From: a bacterium
Lineage (GTDB): Bacteria; Electryoneota; Electryoneia; Electryoneales; Electryoneaceae
DNA: 64,000 bases
Direction of reading: 5' to 3'
Assembly (NCBI GenBank): GCA_963669175.1
Contig: OY769902.1
Location: 1,152,001-1,216,000 of the forward strand
Both the position numbers and the translations under genes were made by a program. The notes beneath the pieces were generated by a model. It saw only the letters and a list, made by a program, of their open reading frames with translations. It searched no databases and was not told where the DNA came from. This document shows, piece by piece, positions 29,678 through 39,167 of this stretch. Position 1 is the stretch's first letter, and each line of letters starts with the position of its first letter.

Positions 29678-30943
29678 CTATTCCATCTTCTTGTTCTTCG
29701 CGAAATAGAGTTCTTCGTCAAATTCACCTTCACTCTTGCCAACCACGGTTGTCGCCATCAAGTCACCGGTGATATTGATCATGGTGCGGGTCATATCAAG
29801 GACACGATCAACGCCAAGAATAATCCCGATGCCTTCCAGCGGCAGACCGATTTCAGTCAGCACCATGGACAGCATGATCAGGCCGACACCGGGAACGCCT
29901 GCAGTGCCGATACTGGCCAGGGTAGCCATCAGCACCACGGTGAAGAAGTCGCCCACGGTCAGCGGAATTCCATACACACCGGCGATGAATACCGTGGCTA
30001 CACCCTGCATGATCGCAGTGCCGTCCATGTTAATCGTAGCGCCGAGAGGGAGCGTGAAGGAGAATACCGTATCCTTGACCCCGACACGTTTTTCGGCAAC
30101 ATCCATAGTCACTGGTAGAGTGGCGTTGGAGGAGCTGGTGGAAAAGGCCACCACCATCGCGGGGTAAATATTCTTGAAAAACTGTATCGGATTCAATCTG
30201 CCAAGAAGTGACAGGTATAATGGATAGATAACGAACCCTTGCAGGAACAGGGCGCCGACAATGGTAGCCATGTATTTCAGCAGGGGGATGAACACTTCGA
30301 AGCCTTGGCTGACAATCACTTCCGCCATCAGGCCAAACACACCGATAGGTGCGAAATACATGATGAAGACGACCATTTTCTGAATGACCTGGTCGGCAGC
30401 CTCCAGGAAAGAATACAGCGGTGCGGCTTTCTCTTTAAGTGAAGCAATAGCCAACCCGGCAAGCATGGCGACAAAAATGATTTGCAGCATGTTGCCTTCA
30501 ACCATGGCGGAAAACGGGTTGGTGGGTACAATATTGACCAGGAGATCAATTACGGAAGGTTTATCCGCGCCCTGGAAACCCTGATCAACCGGGATGGACA
30601 AACCGGAACCGGGACGAACGATCCAGGCAAGCGCAAAACCGATGGAAATCGCAATCGCCGTGGTGGTGACATATATCCCCATCGTCTTGCCACCAATGCG
30701 CCCCAGCTTTTTCAGGTCGCCAATGGCTGCGGTGCCCAAGGTCAGGGAAACCAGCACCAGCGGGACGACCAGGAGACGGATGCCATGCAGAAAGATGTTG
30801 CCGACAGGATCGTGAAAATATTTGACGATGAAATCGTTGACAGAATCAGGTAAAATCAGGTATTGCAGCAAACCAACTACGATACCGGCGCCCAACCCGA
30901 TCATGATCCACGCTGTAAGCCCCAGTTTCCGTCCGGAAGCCAT
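29678..30943 (-). CDS. Dicarboxylate/amino acid:cation symporter (DAACS)
   Basis: FSTSSSNATLP, LPLGATINMDG, ASIGTAGVPG and DRVLDM.RT motifs. Confidence 0.93.
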   Translation of the reverse strand: MASGRKLGLTAWIMIGLGAGIVVGLLQYLILPDSVNDFIVKYFHDPVGNIFLHGIRLLVVPLVLVSLTLGTAAIGDLKKLGRIGGKTMGIYVTTTAIAISIGFALAWIVRPGSGLSIPVDQGFQGADKPSVIDLLVNIVPTNPFSAMVEGNMLQIIFVAMLAGLAIASLKEKAAPLYSFLEAADQVIQKMVVFIMYFAPIGVFGLMAEVIVSQGFEVFIPLLKYMATIVGALFLQGFVIYPLYLSLLGRLNPIQFFKNIYPAMVVAFSTSSSNATLPVTMDVAEKRVGVKDTVFSFTLPLGATINMDGTAIMQGVATVFIAGVYGIPLTVGDFFTVVLMATLASIGTAGVPGVGLIMLSMVLTEIGLPLEGIGIILGVDRVLDMTRTMINITGDLMATTVVGKSEGEFDEELYFAKNKKME

Positions 30944-31056
30944 GTCTCCTCCATGTTGTACCGTCAGGAAGGTAGTGAATCTTGCTGCTTCTCCCAAGTG
31001 TTCACGGGCTGGAGGGGCAAGATGATTTGGAAAAGATGGTAGAGCGGGAGAAGCTG

Positions 31057-31608
31057 TTATTTTCCGGTGGGAGAATCGGGGTGGAGTGGAATGATGTTCT
31101 TGCCGGAAGCAGGTTCAACCCGCTTATTCACCGGGTAATGCGTCGCCTCGTGCATGTCATTGGTCTGTTGCTGAAAATCTTTCAGGCTCAGCATTTCACC
31201 ATAACGGTTCAGCAGGATGTGCACCGTATCAAAGACTGCGTAATTTGCCTGAATCACGCGGCCATTCATCGTGTCCATGCGTTTCAGCACAGACTCAACC
31301 CCCGCAGGACGGTCCAGGTTGTCACCATGATCACGGAAAAATCGGAATGCCAACTCTTTGTGGTCCTTCCGTGCCTGGTCAATCTGTTCCGACAACTGAA
31401 TATCCGAAAGACCACATTCCAGCAGTAAAGCATCAATTTCTTTTGAACCGGGAAGTTGATTTCGATCTGGTAAGGTCTCCCTGCGGCAAATGGCGTAAAG
31501 CATGTCCAGCAATACTTCAAGACCGTTTTCCATCTGGTGTAGATGGTTCATGGTCTCACCGTATTTACGAAACAACTGAGCTTGAGCCAGGTAAAGCTGT
31601 TTGTCCAT
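31057..31608 (-). CDS. Hypothetical protein
   Basis: Helical 183-aa ORF, no motif recognised. Confidence 0.55.
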   Translation of the reverse strand: MDKQLYLAQAQLFRKYGETMNHLHQMENGLEVLLDMLYAICRRETLPDRNQLPGSKEIDALLLECGLSDIQLSEQIDQARKDHKELAFRFFRDHGDNLDRPAGVESVLKRMDTMNGRVIQANYAVFDTVHILLNRYGEMLSLKDFQQQTNDMHEATHYPVNKRVEPASGKNIIPLHPDSPTGK

Positions 31609-31759
31609 GATTCTTCGATTGCTGTTGCTGTATACCAATATTCCAAGATAGGTCAATCCTTGTACGATGTAAAAGGATTGTTATCGCAACCATACAGTAG
31701 TTCCCGAGAGTTTTACTGATTCGAACAATAATCAGCCTGCTTCAGCAGGCTCTTCTTAG

Positions 31760-32186
31760 CACCCGGCTAAAGCCCTGTCTCTTACCCACATCTTCTGAAA
31801 GCTGTATCAGTAAAAGAGTTGTGGACATAGCATTTTTAGAATCCCGGCGGGATTCCCTATTTTAGCATAGTGTACAGGCCGTCTGTTTGGCCTGTACACT
31901 ATGTCAGGTATTCTAACGAATAATCAACCCTGGAAGGGTTGCATAATACGCGATTCATATTAGTACGTTCAATAAATACAGGAAATAACGCATTTTAAAT
32001 TCTATACAAACCAATTGGGTGTAAATTATACGTTATGCAACCCTTCCAGGGTTGAGATAAGGTTTGATCTTTTTCGTAGGGTAGACGCTAAACAGACAGC
32101 GTCAACCCTACGCTAAAATATACCACCCCCTCTGGGGTGGCAGAAACACGAAGATGTGAGCAAGAGACAGTGCTTTAGCCGGGGTG
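31760..32186. repeat. Mirror-symmetric nested inverted-repeat element
   Basis: Outer IR 31760-31783 / 32162-32186; inner IR caaccctggaagggttgcataa / ttatgcaacccttccagggttg; two AAACAGAC-loop hairpins in opposite orientation. Confidence 0.65.
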
Positions 32187-32376
32187 TCCGTGGTGATTAA
32201 AACTTGACGAGCGCCCTTCAGGGTGCTTTCCTGCATCGGGATATTTTTCTGGCAAGCCTGCTAAGCTTAGTATATCGCAGCTTTACAATTATATTGTGAT
32301 TCCCATTTTTTATCCGTCATCTATTCATTTGCTGGATCAGTGAAAGATTCACTGTATGGTTATGGAAAGGCGATAA

Positions 32377-32674
32377 CACGTTTCGTCAGGTCTTGATGTG
32401 ATGCCTTTTTCTTGTTCTTCTCCGCAATTTCAGAAATCTGTCCGACTCCACACCTGCTATTTCGCATGACAGATCGTCATCAGGCATCACGTTGTGACCT
32501 GACGACAGCGAGAATGCTGATACCGGTGGCAGGTCACAACGCGACAATAACAGGACGAGAGGAAATTTAAGATTCACCGTGCATTCAAGAAAACATTGCG
32601 AAAGCCGAAAACGAAATGTCGCGTCAAGACCTGCCACAACTTTGCCCAGATGCTCTAATTCTTGTGAGGAACCA
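32377..32674. mobile_element. MITE family B copy lacking the left TIR
   Basis: Closely matches 14879-15175. Confidence 0.72.
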
Positions 32675-32757
32675 TACATTTGAAGCATTCTTGGAAAAGG
32701 AAACAGTCCTCTTTCCCGTGTACTTCCTGTCTGGTCTCAAGAAAAGGGTATAGTCAC

Positions 32758-33720
32758 TTACATAACCGGTAACAGGCCTACAACATTCTTCAATACGGGC
32801 AACACCCCGGCGCTCCAGAACAGTTTTTCCCCGGTCACGAACCATACACCGGCGAAACCGATGATGATACCGATCAGGCGTGGCAGGGTGATGCGTTCCT
32901 TCAGCAGCAGCGCGGCAAAAATGAAGATGAAGACATTCGACATCTGGTTCAATGCGGATGCTGTTGAAGCCTGTGTGTATTTCATGCCGCCCAGCCAGAG
33001 AATGAGGGCCAGGTAGGTTCCCAGCAAGGTGCCGGGGACCATGAATTTCAGGTTGGCGGGTTTGGTGTAGGATAAAAGAATAGCTTTCCTGCGTTTATCG
33101 AAGAGGAGAATAATTCCGAGCACAAAGGCGGCGCCGACCAATCGCATTTCGATAGACCATAACAACGGGGAGCGTTCCAGCAATGGTTTGATCATTACAA
33201 CCCCGATACCCATCAGGGCTTGTGAAAACGCTCCCAGTCCGATACCGACCAGCAGTTGCTTGCGAGTAATGACACCGGTGTTCTTCTCCCAGCCGACCGC
33301 CAGCACTGCTGAAACGATGAAGATGACCCCGAAGACCTGGAGAGTGGTGAGGCTTTCCCCCAGCCAGGGAATGGAAATAACAATAATGAACGGGCTGTAC
33401 AGGCAGTCTACAATAGCCGAACGCGATGCGCCAAGCATGTTCAGGCTCTTGAAGAAAAGCGTATCCGCAATACCGATTCCCAGCGCACCACTGGCGAACA
33501 TGAGCAGGTACTCGGAAAAAGGCACATCACGTATGATTTCCATACCCAGCAGCATCATGGTAGGGGGAAAGAGGATCATGGCGAAGGAATTCTTAAACAG
33601 GTTCAGCGCCATTGGCCCAACTGTCTCCCCGCTCTTTTTGAACAGGATGACAGCAAATGCCCAGACGATAGCGCAAGCCAGGGCCAGGGATTCCCCAAGG
33701 TATGGAATTGGTGTTGACAT
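32758..33720 (-). CDS. DMT/EamA transporter
   Basis: Two EamA repeats, about 10 TMs, LLKERIT motif. Confidence 0.88.
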   Translation of the reverse strand: MSTPIPYLGESLALACAIVWAFAVILFKKSGETVGPMALNLFKNSFAMILFPPTMMLLGMEIIRDVPFSEYLLMFASGALGIGIADTLFFKSLNMLGASRSAIVDCLYSPFIIVISIPWLGESLTTLQVFGVIFIVSAVLAVGWEKNTGVITRKQLLVGIGLGAFSQALMGIGVVMIKPLLERSPLLWSIEMRLVGAAFVLGIILLFDKRRKAILLSYTKPANLKFMVPGTLLGTYLALILWLGGMKYTQASTASALNQMSNVFIFIFAALLLKERITLPRLIGIIIGFAGVWFVTGEKLFWSAGVLPVLKNVVGLLPVM

Positions 33721-33829
33721 GTTTTCACTTTTATGGTTAAAGGTCGATTGGATTCTAGGAGAATCATCCTGCTTGGCGCAATGGCAAATATGACAATTGA
33801 CTCCCTGACGCCAACTCCCTTTTTTGTAA

Positions 33830-34223
33830 TTAGCCCGAATATTTCATGAACGAAACAAGAATTATGATTTCAACACAGTCCATATCGGCACCATAAAACT
33901 GAATCATACAGCACTTTTCAGGGTACAGTTTACTGCTGCATCCCTTTGCGTATCTATTCCCTGTTGCGCTGGCAACCTGAGGCTGAGTTCCGGAAACCGC
34001 CCCGGCAGGAGTAAACTGAATATTATCATGGATATATAGTTTGGATTCTTAGGCAACCCGCTGCCGGGGTTGGCAGGTAGTGTACACCCTTTTCCCACCG
34101 TGAGCGCCAAACATACGGCGCTGGACGGTGGGCTAACACAGGGAACCACTTCCGTGGTTCTTATCCTGCCCGTTCCATCAAGCATGACATGTAAAAGTGC
34201 CAGTCGTGAAATACCCGGGTTAG
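33830..34223. mobile_element. MITE family A, copy 3
   Basis: TIRs ttagcccgaatatttcat / gtgaaatacccgggttag; inverted homolog of 7627-8104. Confidence 0.7.
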
Positions 34224-34343
34224 AATCACTTATTATCGCTGAACCTGTCCACCGAGTTTTCACATTCTGTTTTATCTGCATAAGTGCATACTCATTGGAT
34301 TATGCCTATATTGAGGCCATTGTTGGATAACCGAGGCCTGGAT

Positions 34344-34799
34344 GTGAAACGTGCCATCTACACCGATATTGAATTCGATGTTCCCCCGGAACGAGTCTGG
34401 CAAAAACTTGCAAACCTGGATCACTACTCTTCCTGGAATACCCTGTTTCAGATCGTCGGCGGTTCGATCAAGGAAAACGGATCTATCCAGATTCGTTTGA
34501 CTGCACCCGGTGTCTGGGCTTTGGTATTTGGTGGACGAATCACGAGATTCGAGCCTTACGGTGAGCTGCGCTGGCGGTTTTTCCTGGGGATTCCCGGATT
34601 ATTGGACGGAGTACACTCTTTCACGATTCAGCCGATAAATAATAATGGTAGCCTGTTGATCCAGAAAATGCGCTTTAAAGGCATGTTCGGTTCAGCGTTT
34701 GTGAAGAAATTCCACTACAACCTGGCTCGTGGCATGGAAAGCATGAACATGAGCTTGAAGGATCTGGCGGAGACAGAAGCGGAATCTTCTGAATCCTGA
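34344..34799 (+). CDS. SRPBCC/polyketide cyclase-like protein
   Basis: IEFDVPPERVWQKL..Y..WN, ELRW and DGVHSF motifs. Confidence 0.8.
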   Translation: MKRAIYTDIEFDVPPERVWQKLANLDHYSSWNTLFQIVGGSIKENGSIQIRLTAPGVWALVFGGRITRFEPYGELRWRFFLGIPGLLDGVHSFTIQPINNNGSLLIQKMRFKGMFGSAFVKKFHYNLARGMESMNMSLKDLAETEAESSES

Positions 34800-34815
34800 G
34801 GTAAAGAAAACGCCC

Positions 34816-36240
34816 ATGGAAGGTCCGAGCAACAATATCCACCAACGCCTGGTCAACCGCGTCCGTAAAGATGCGGAGAAGTGGATACGTGCGTTCGAAC
34901 GAAAGAAAATCGAAAGCGGCATTCCGCCTGAAATCGTCAGCGAACTCGAGGCCACGGCAACCAGGTTACAACAGGATATCGACCATTTCATTGATGCGGT
35001 TGCCGACCCCTATACCTTGACTTTGCCCCGCCTGGAAAAACTTCTCGAATTGTTGCCGCCTGATCGTGCGCTGGCTCGTTATGACCTGGAACGCCTCACA
35101 AAAACCTATGATGAAATCTGCATGGATGTTACGGACAAGGCGGCGGACCTGTTTGCCCAGGCTGAAGCCGCGATTGACCGTGAAGATTATGATATCGGCC
35201 TCAATGTCCTGCGCCATACCATGAAACTGGCGCCACGGTATTTCCCCGGTTTCCTGGTGCTGGGATATAGTACGCTCGTTACCCAGAACCCCAAGGAGGG
35301 ATTGCAGCATCTTGAGCGTTCGCTTGGGTTTCTGCCCCATGAACATGGCGAACACTTCCGCCAGTTTGTGATCGAATTGATCGCCAAGGCGCACGAGATG
35401 GATAACAATCACTCGAACGCGGTGAAGAGTTATCGACGGTTGCAGAGCCTGGGAATGAACCAGCCGGCAATTGATTATGCGATGGCACGAAACCTGGTAC
35501 TGAACGGCCAGAAGTTCGACGCACTTCATATTATCCAAAGTACATTCCCGCAAAAACCGGAATTCTTCTCCTTCGCCCTTGTTGATCCGGGGTTTGCCAA
35601 TGTGCAGGCCGAACTGATTGCTTTGCTGAACGAGACGCGTAGCGAATGGAGCTCATCAGTAGAAGAGGTGTTTAATAAGCTGCTGTCCATCAATGAAATT
35701 GTGGTTTTTTACGGACTGGATGAACGCTTCGACGATATCAAAAAGTACCACGACCGTGTGATCGAACTACAAAGCTCACTTGGAAAGACCAGTAACTCGG
35801 ACATGCAGGCGTTGATGTCCCATACCATCCCCGAGCTGGTCCCCGATTATCCGAATCTGGTCGAACATGAGCTGGATGAACTTGCCAGTATACGGCGTGA
35901 AGAGATCAGCCAGCATAACAAGCAACTGCTGGAACAGGCGGAAGGCAAACAGCGTCGTGCAACCATGATCAGTATTTATGTATGGGTTGCGCTTACCGTT
36001 CTGCTGTTCCTGATTTTACTGCTTTCGGATGTGCCTTTTATCGTTGCCCTGATGGTGGTGATTGGCACCATGCCGTTCGGTTTTGTGCCGGTAGCTGCGG
36101 TGGGACGGGGTATACGGAACCGTGTGGCCAGCGAGTACATCAGCGCCTCGCCTGTACGGCAGATCAAGGGCGATTTCAACGATGTACACTGGACCAAGTC
36201 CGACATCCTGGGCAGGATTTCCAAGGAAGGGTGGACCTAA
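34816..36240 (+). CDS. TPR-containing membrane-anchored protein
   Basis: TPR-like helices, two C-terminal TMs. Confidence 0.7.
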   Translation: MEGPSNNIHQRLVNRVRKDAEKWIRAFERKKIESGIPPEIVSELEATATRLQQDIDHFIDAVADPYTLTLPRLEKLLELLPPDRALARYDLERLTKTYDEICMDVTDKAADLFAQAEAAIDREDYDIGLNVLRHTMKLAPRYFPGFLVLGYSTLVTQNPKEGLQHLERSLGFLPHEHGEHFRQFVIELIAKAHEMDNNHSNAVKSYRRLQSLGMNQPAIDYAMARNLVLNGQKFDALHIIQSTFPQKPEFFSFALVDPGFANVQAELIALLNETRSEWSSSVEEVFNKLLSINEIVVFYGLDERFDDIKKYHDRVIELQSSLGKTSNSDMQALMSHTIPELVPDYPNLVEHELDELASIRREEISQHNKQLLEQAEGKQRRATMISIYVWVALTVLLFLILLLSDVPFIVALMVVIGTMPFGFVPVAAVGRGIRNRVASEYISASPVRQIKGDFNDVHWTKSDILGRISKEGWT

Positions 36241-36305
36241 GCATATACCTGCCTGTCCTGTGGTGACCTCGTCGGCAATATTCGGAACGTCAGGCTGGAG
36301 CTTTA

Positions 36306-36551
36306 ATGGCGTTTATCCTCTTTTACCTGCTTAGCGCGTATACTCTTGTCGTGTTTGCCGATTCCTGGGCGCATATGCTCGATCCATACCGTGAGTTTCC
36401 CATCTCACGGTTGCTGTATCGTCTTACCAGCGTGTTCCTTCGGCCCATCCGAAAGATCACCCCGAAAATCGGCCAGTTTGACGGTTCCCACTTTGTACTG
36501 ATTGCTATCCTGCTGGTGCTTACGACACTGACACGCTATATCCCGTTTTAG
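36306..36551 (+). CDS. YggT-family membrane protein
   Basis: SW..DPY..P..LYRLT..FLRPIRK..P.IG.FD motif. Confidence 0.75.
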   Translation: MAFILFYLLSAYTLVVFADSWAHMLDPYREFPISRLLYRLTSVFLRPIRKITPKIGQFDGSHFVLIAILLVLTTLTRYIPF

Positions 36552-36854
36552 TCATAGTAGTTCTGACTATTCCCTCTCTAACATAAACCCTGAACGGGTG
36601 GTCCGACTTACCGGGTGTGCGGTATGACATTCTCGTATTGCCGACAACGTCAGTCAATTATTGTCCTGTGATGCGCGTGATGAGCAAGTCGGGAACTGGG
36701 CTGCAACCATGTAACTCTTATCTAACTCCTTCGGAGTAAACAACCCAACCCTTGTCGCCACAATGTGATTGTCCAATCGAGTAATCGGACCATCCGTACA
36801 GGGCAAAATCGGGCCACCAAACCTGATTACCCTACCCACCTTCTTTACCTTTTT

Positions 36855-38747
36855 TTACTTCAACAGAGTAACAGTTTGTGTTTGTTGTACATGTCCTGCC
36901 TGCAAATGAATAAAATAAACCCCTGAAGGCAGTCCATTTGCATCCCACGCCAGTTCATGTCGTCCGGCTGTGGGGTGTCCCGTGTAAAGGGTTGAGACTC
37001 TGCGTCCATCCAGCGAGTAAACTTCAAGCGAGGCAAACCTGTCGCCCGGCGTATCGAAAGTTACGAGGGTGGAACTGTTAAAGGGATTCGGAAAGCAGGG
37101 ATGCAGCGACAAAGTTGCAGGAATCACGGTCGGATCTTCGTCAACTCGCTCCCATTCAAATGTCAGGCTGGTATCGGCCATCCGAACCGGGAGGTTTGGA
37201 GTGGCCGTGTAAATGGACTCAAAAGTCGCAGCTTCAGAAGATTCGTGATCAATTAGATGCGCAGCAAACGAGGGACTGATAGTTTGATACAACACTTCTA
37301 TTTCAACACGAGTCGCGGGAGGCAGATGGAAATGAACAATATCCAGTCCTGATCCCTGTTGACCATTGTCTGTGTTAAAATCCTCGTCTTCCAGCGCTTC
37401 TCCGACAACTTCCATCCATTCGTAGTCTTCATGAGTATCGACAAAACCGACAGGTGGAATACGGTTATCCTTGGCGAGCGATCCGGCACGTAAAAGTGTC
37501 CAGGTTCGTGCCTCATCCACATCCTGCATCACGGCTTCGTAGATCTGGACCTGGTCCTCTAAAGTAATGATATCATAGTGCGGTTCATATTCTTCGTCTT
37601 CATCGAGAATAACGCCGGTATCGTCCCATTCACCTGACTCAAATATGACATCCTCATCAGCATCGTAGGCTGTCAGGTGAACCCACATTCTGCGTAAGGG
37701 AATACCTGTTGGCAGTTTGTGCCCGGTCAGGTTGGACAGGGATACATCCAGGAAAAGGGAATCGTCAGTTTGCTGTGAGGAAGCTTGCATGTTCAGAGAA
37801 TTCTGCTGAAGTTGCGCAAGATTCTTGTCACGGGTGGACTCGAGTTGATCGACCGATGACGTTATCCCCAGTTCCTCCTGATTATCCATCAGACGTTCCA
37901 CCATGTACACATTGGCCCCGGCAAAGTCATGCTTGAAAAAGGGCTCACGAGTGACTTCGTGCCAGAAGGGCATCTGGGCGATATCCTGCGCTTCATCCGC
38001 GACAGGCATATGGCAGCTCTGGCATTCACGATTATCTGCTGGATAATCCGAGTTCAGCCATTCCAGGTAGGGTGTCTGTTCCGGGAATGTCCCCGCCACA
38101 TTGCCCTCATTATCCACATAAGGGGTGAACAGGGTGTGGCAAGTGGCGCAGAGTTCTGAACCGTTCACATGTTCGCCATATTGCGGTGTGAAGCCGGACA
38201 TGTTGAACATGGGCGCGGCAAGAGGTTCCGTATACGGACCAAATACGATTTTACCCTCTTCAATGACATAATGCCCGGTATAGCTGTCGTCGGTTCCCAG
38301 GTTGTCCGGTTGTATCTGGTGGCAGAGGGTGCAGGAAACACCGTCGAGCGCCAGGGGAGAATTCAGCATATCGTTGAACGGATACGCATCTGCGCCGTCA
38401 TGGATGGCCTGGGTGTGTCCCAATGGAGCATGACAGGTGGTACACTTGTCCTCAATAACCGCTTGGAGATGAGGAACATCTTCCACTTCGGCCGTCACTT
38501 TCGCTTGCCACAGGGGGTCTTTGGCGGAATGGGCCATCATGGCTGAACGCCAGGTTGTGACCGGTGAAATATCCTCGCCGTTTTCCATCATGATGGAACC
38601 ATCCGATTCGTGGCAGGTCTGGCATATACCGGAACCGGCGAAAAGACTGGTAGAGTCAGTTGGTAACGCGGGTTGTGATAAGACCTCTTGAGCGGCAAAC
38701 AGGAACAGTATACTGGTCAGGTGACAAAGCTTTACCCATCTTGACAT
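36855..38747 (-). CDS. Pentaheme c-type cytochrome with T9SS CTD
   Basis: CQTCH, CTTCH, CTLCH, CATCH and CQSCH; GHKLPTG motif; signal peptide; FPNPFN...GVYF..LLK. Confidence 0.85.
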   Translation of the reverse strand: MSRWVKLCHLTSILFLFAAQEVLSQPALPTDSTSLFAGSGICQTCHESDGSIMMENGEDISPVTTWRSAMMAHSAKDPLWQAKVTAEVEDVPHLQAVIEDKCTTCHAPLGHTQAIHDGADAYPFNDMLNSPLALDGVSCTLCHQIQPDNLGTDDSYTGHYVIEEGKIVFGPYTEPLAAPMFNMSGFTPQYGEHVNGSELCATCHTLFTPYVDNEGNVAGTFPEQTPYLEWLNSDYPADNRECQSCHMPVADEAQDIAQMPFWHEVTREPFFKHDFAGANVYMVERLMDNQEELGITSSVDQLESTRDKNLAQLQQNSLNMQASSQQTDDSLFLDVSLSNLTGHKLPTGIPLRRMWVHLTAYDADEDVIFESGEWDDTGVILDEDEEYEPHYDIITLEDQVQIYEAVMQDVDEARTWTLLRAGSLAKDNRIPPVGFVDTHEDYEWMEVVGEALEDEDFNTDNGQQGSGLDIVHFHLPPATRVEIEVLYQTISPSFAAHLIDHESSEAATFESIYTATPNLPVRMADTSLTFEWERVDEDPTVIPATLSLHPCFPNPFNSSTLVTFDTPGDRFASLEVYSLDGRRVSTLYTGHPTAGRHELAWDANGLPSGVYFIHLQAGHVQQTQTVTLLK

Positions 38748-39167
38748 ACTGTCCTCCTTTACACGGGATGAGTATTGTTTCATAACGTAGACAACAAACA
38801 ACGTGGATTTTTTCTGATTCTATCCGTAAATACCGTTAGGAGAGTTTATTTCTCGCAGAGGTTCTATGGGAAGGTTTCATATAGCAAAGATTGCGAACAA
38901 TATTGAACGTGTGTGTTGTACTCGCTTTACTCTCTATTAAACGATTATTTTATCATTTGTGCTCCGTGTCACCACTATATTATAAAGAAATGTTAGTTTA
39001 AATACGTTGCTGTGAAAATCGGGTGGCAAAAGCTTAGGACGATTTTTCATACCTGGTGCGGCTTTCACGTCCCTACCATTATCCGCTTTCATTACAAACC
39101 ATTAGCCAGCCTTATGGGTGACTCAGATATCAGCATGGTTTTTTGACCACGTTGAAGGGGGAACTGT

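Noticed and set aside
38800-39160. Possible riboswitch in the AT-rich divergent intergenic region
   Set aside because: No recognisable aptamer consensus by eye.
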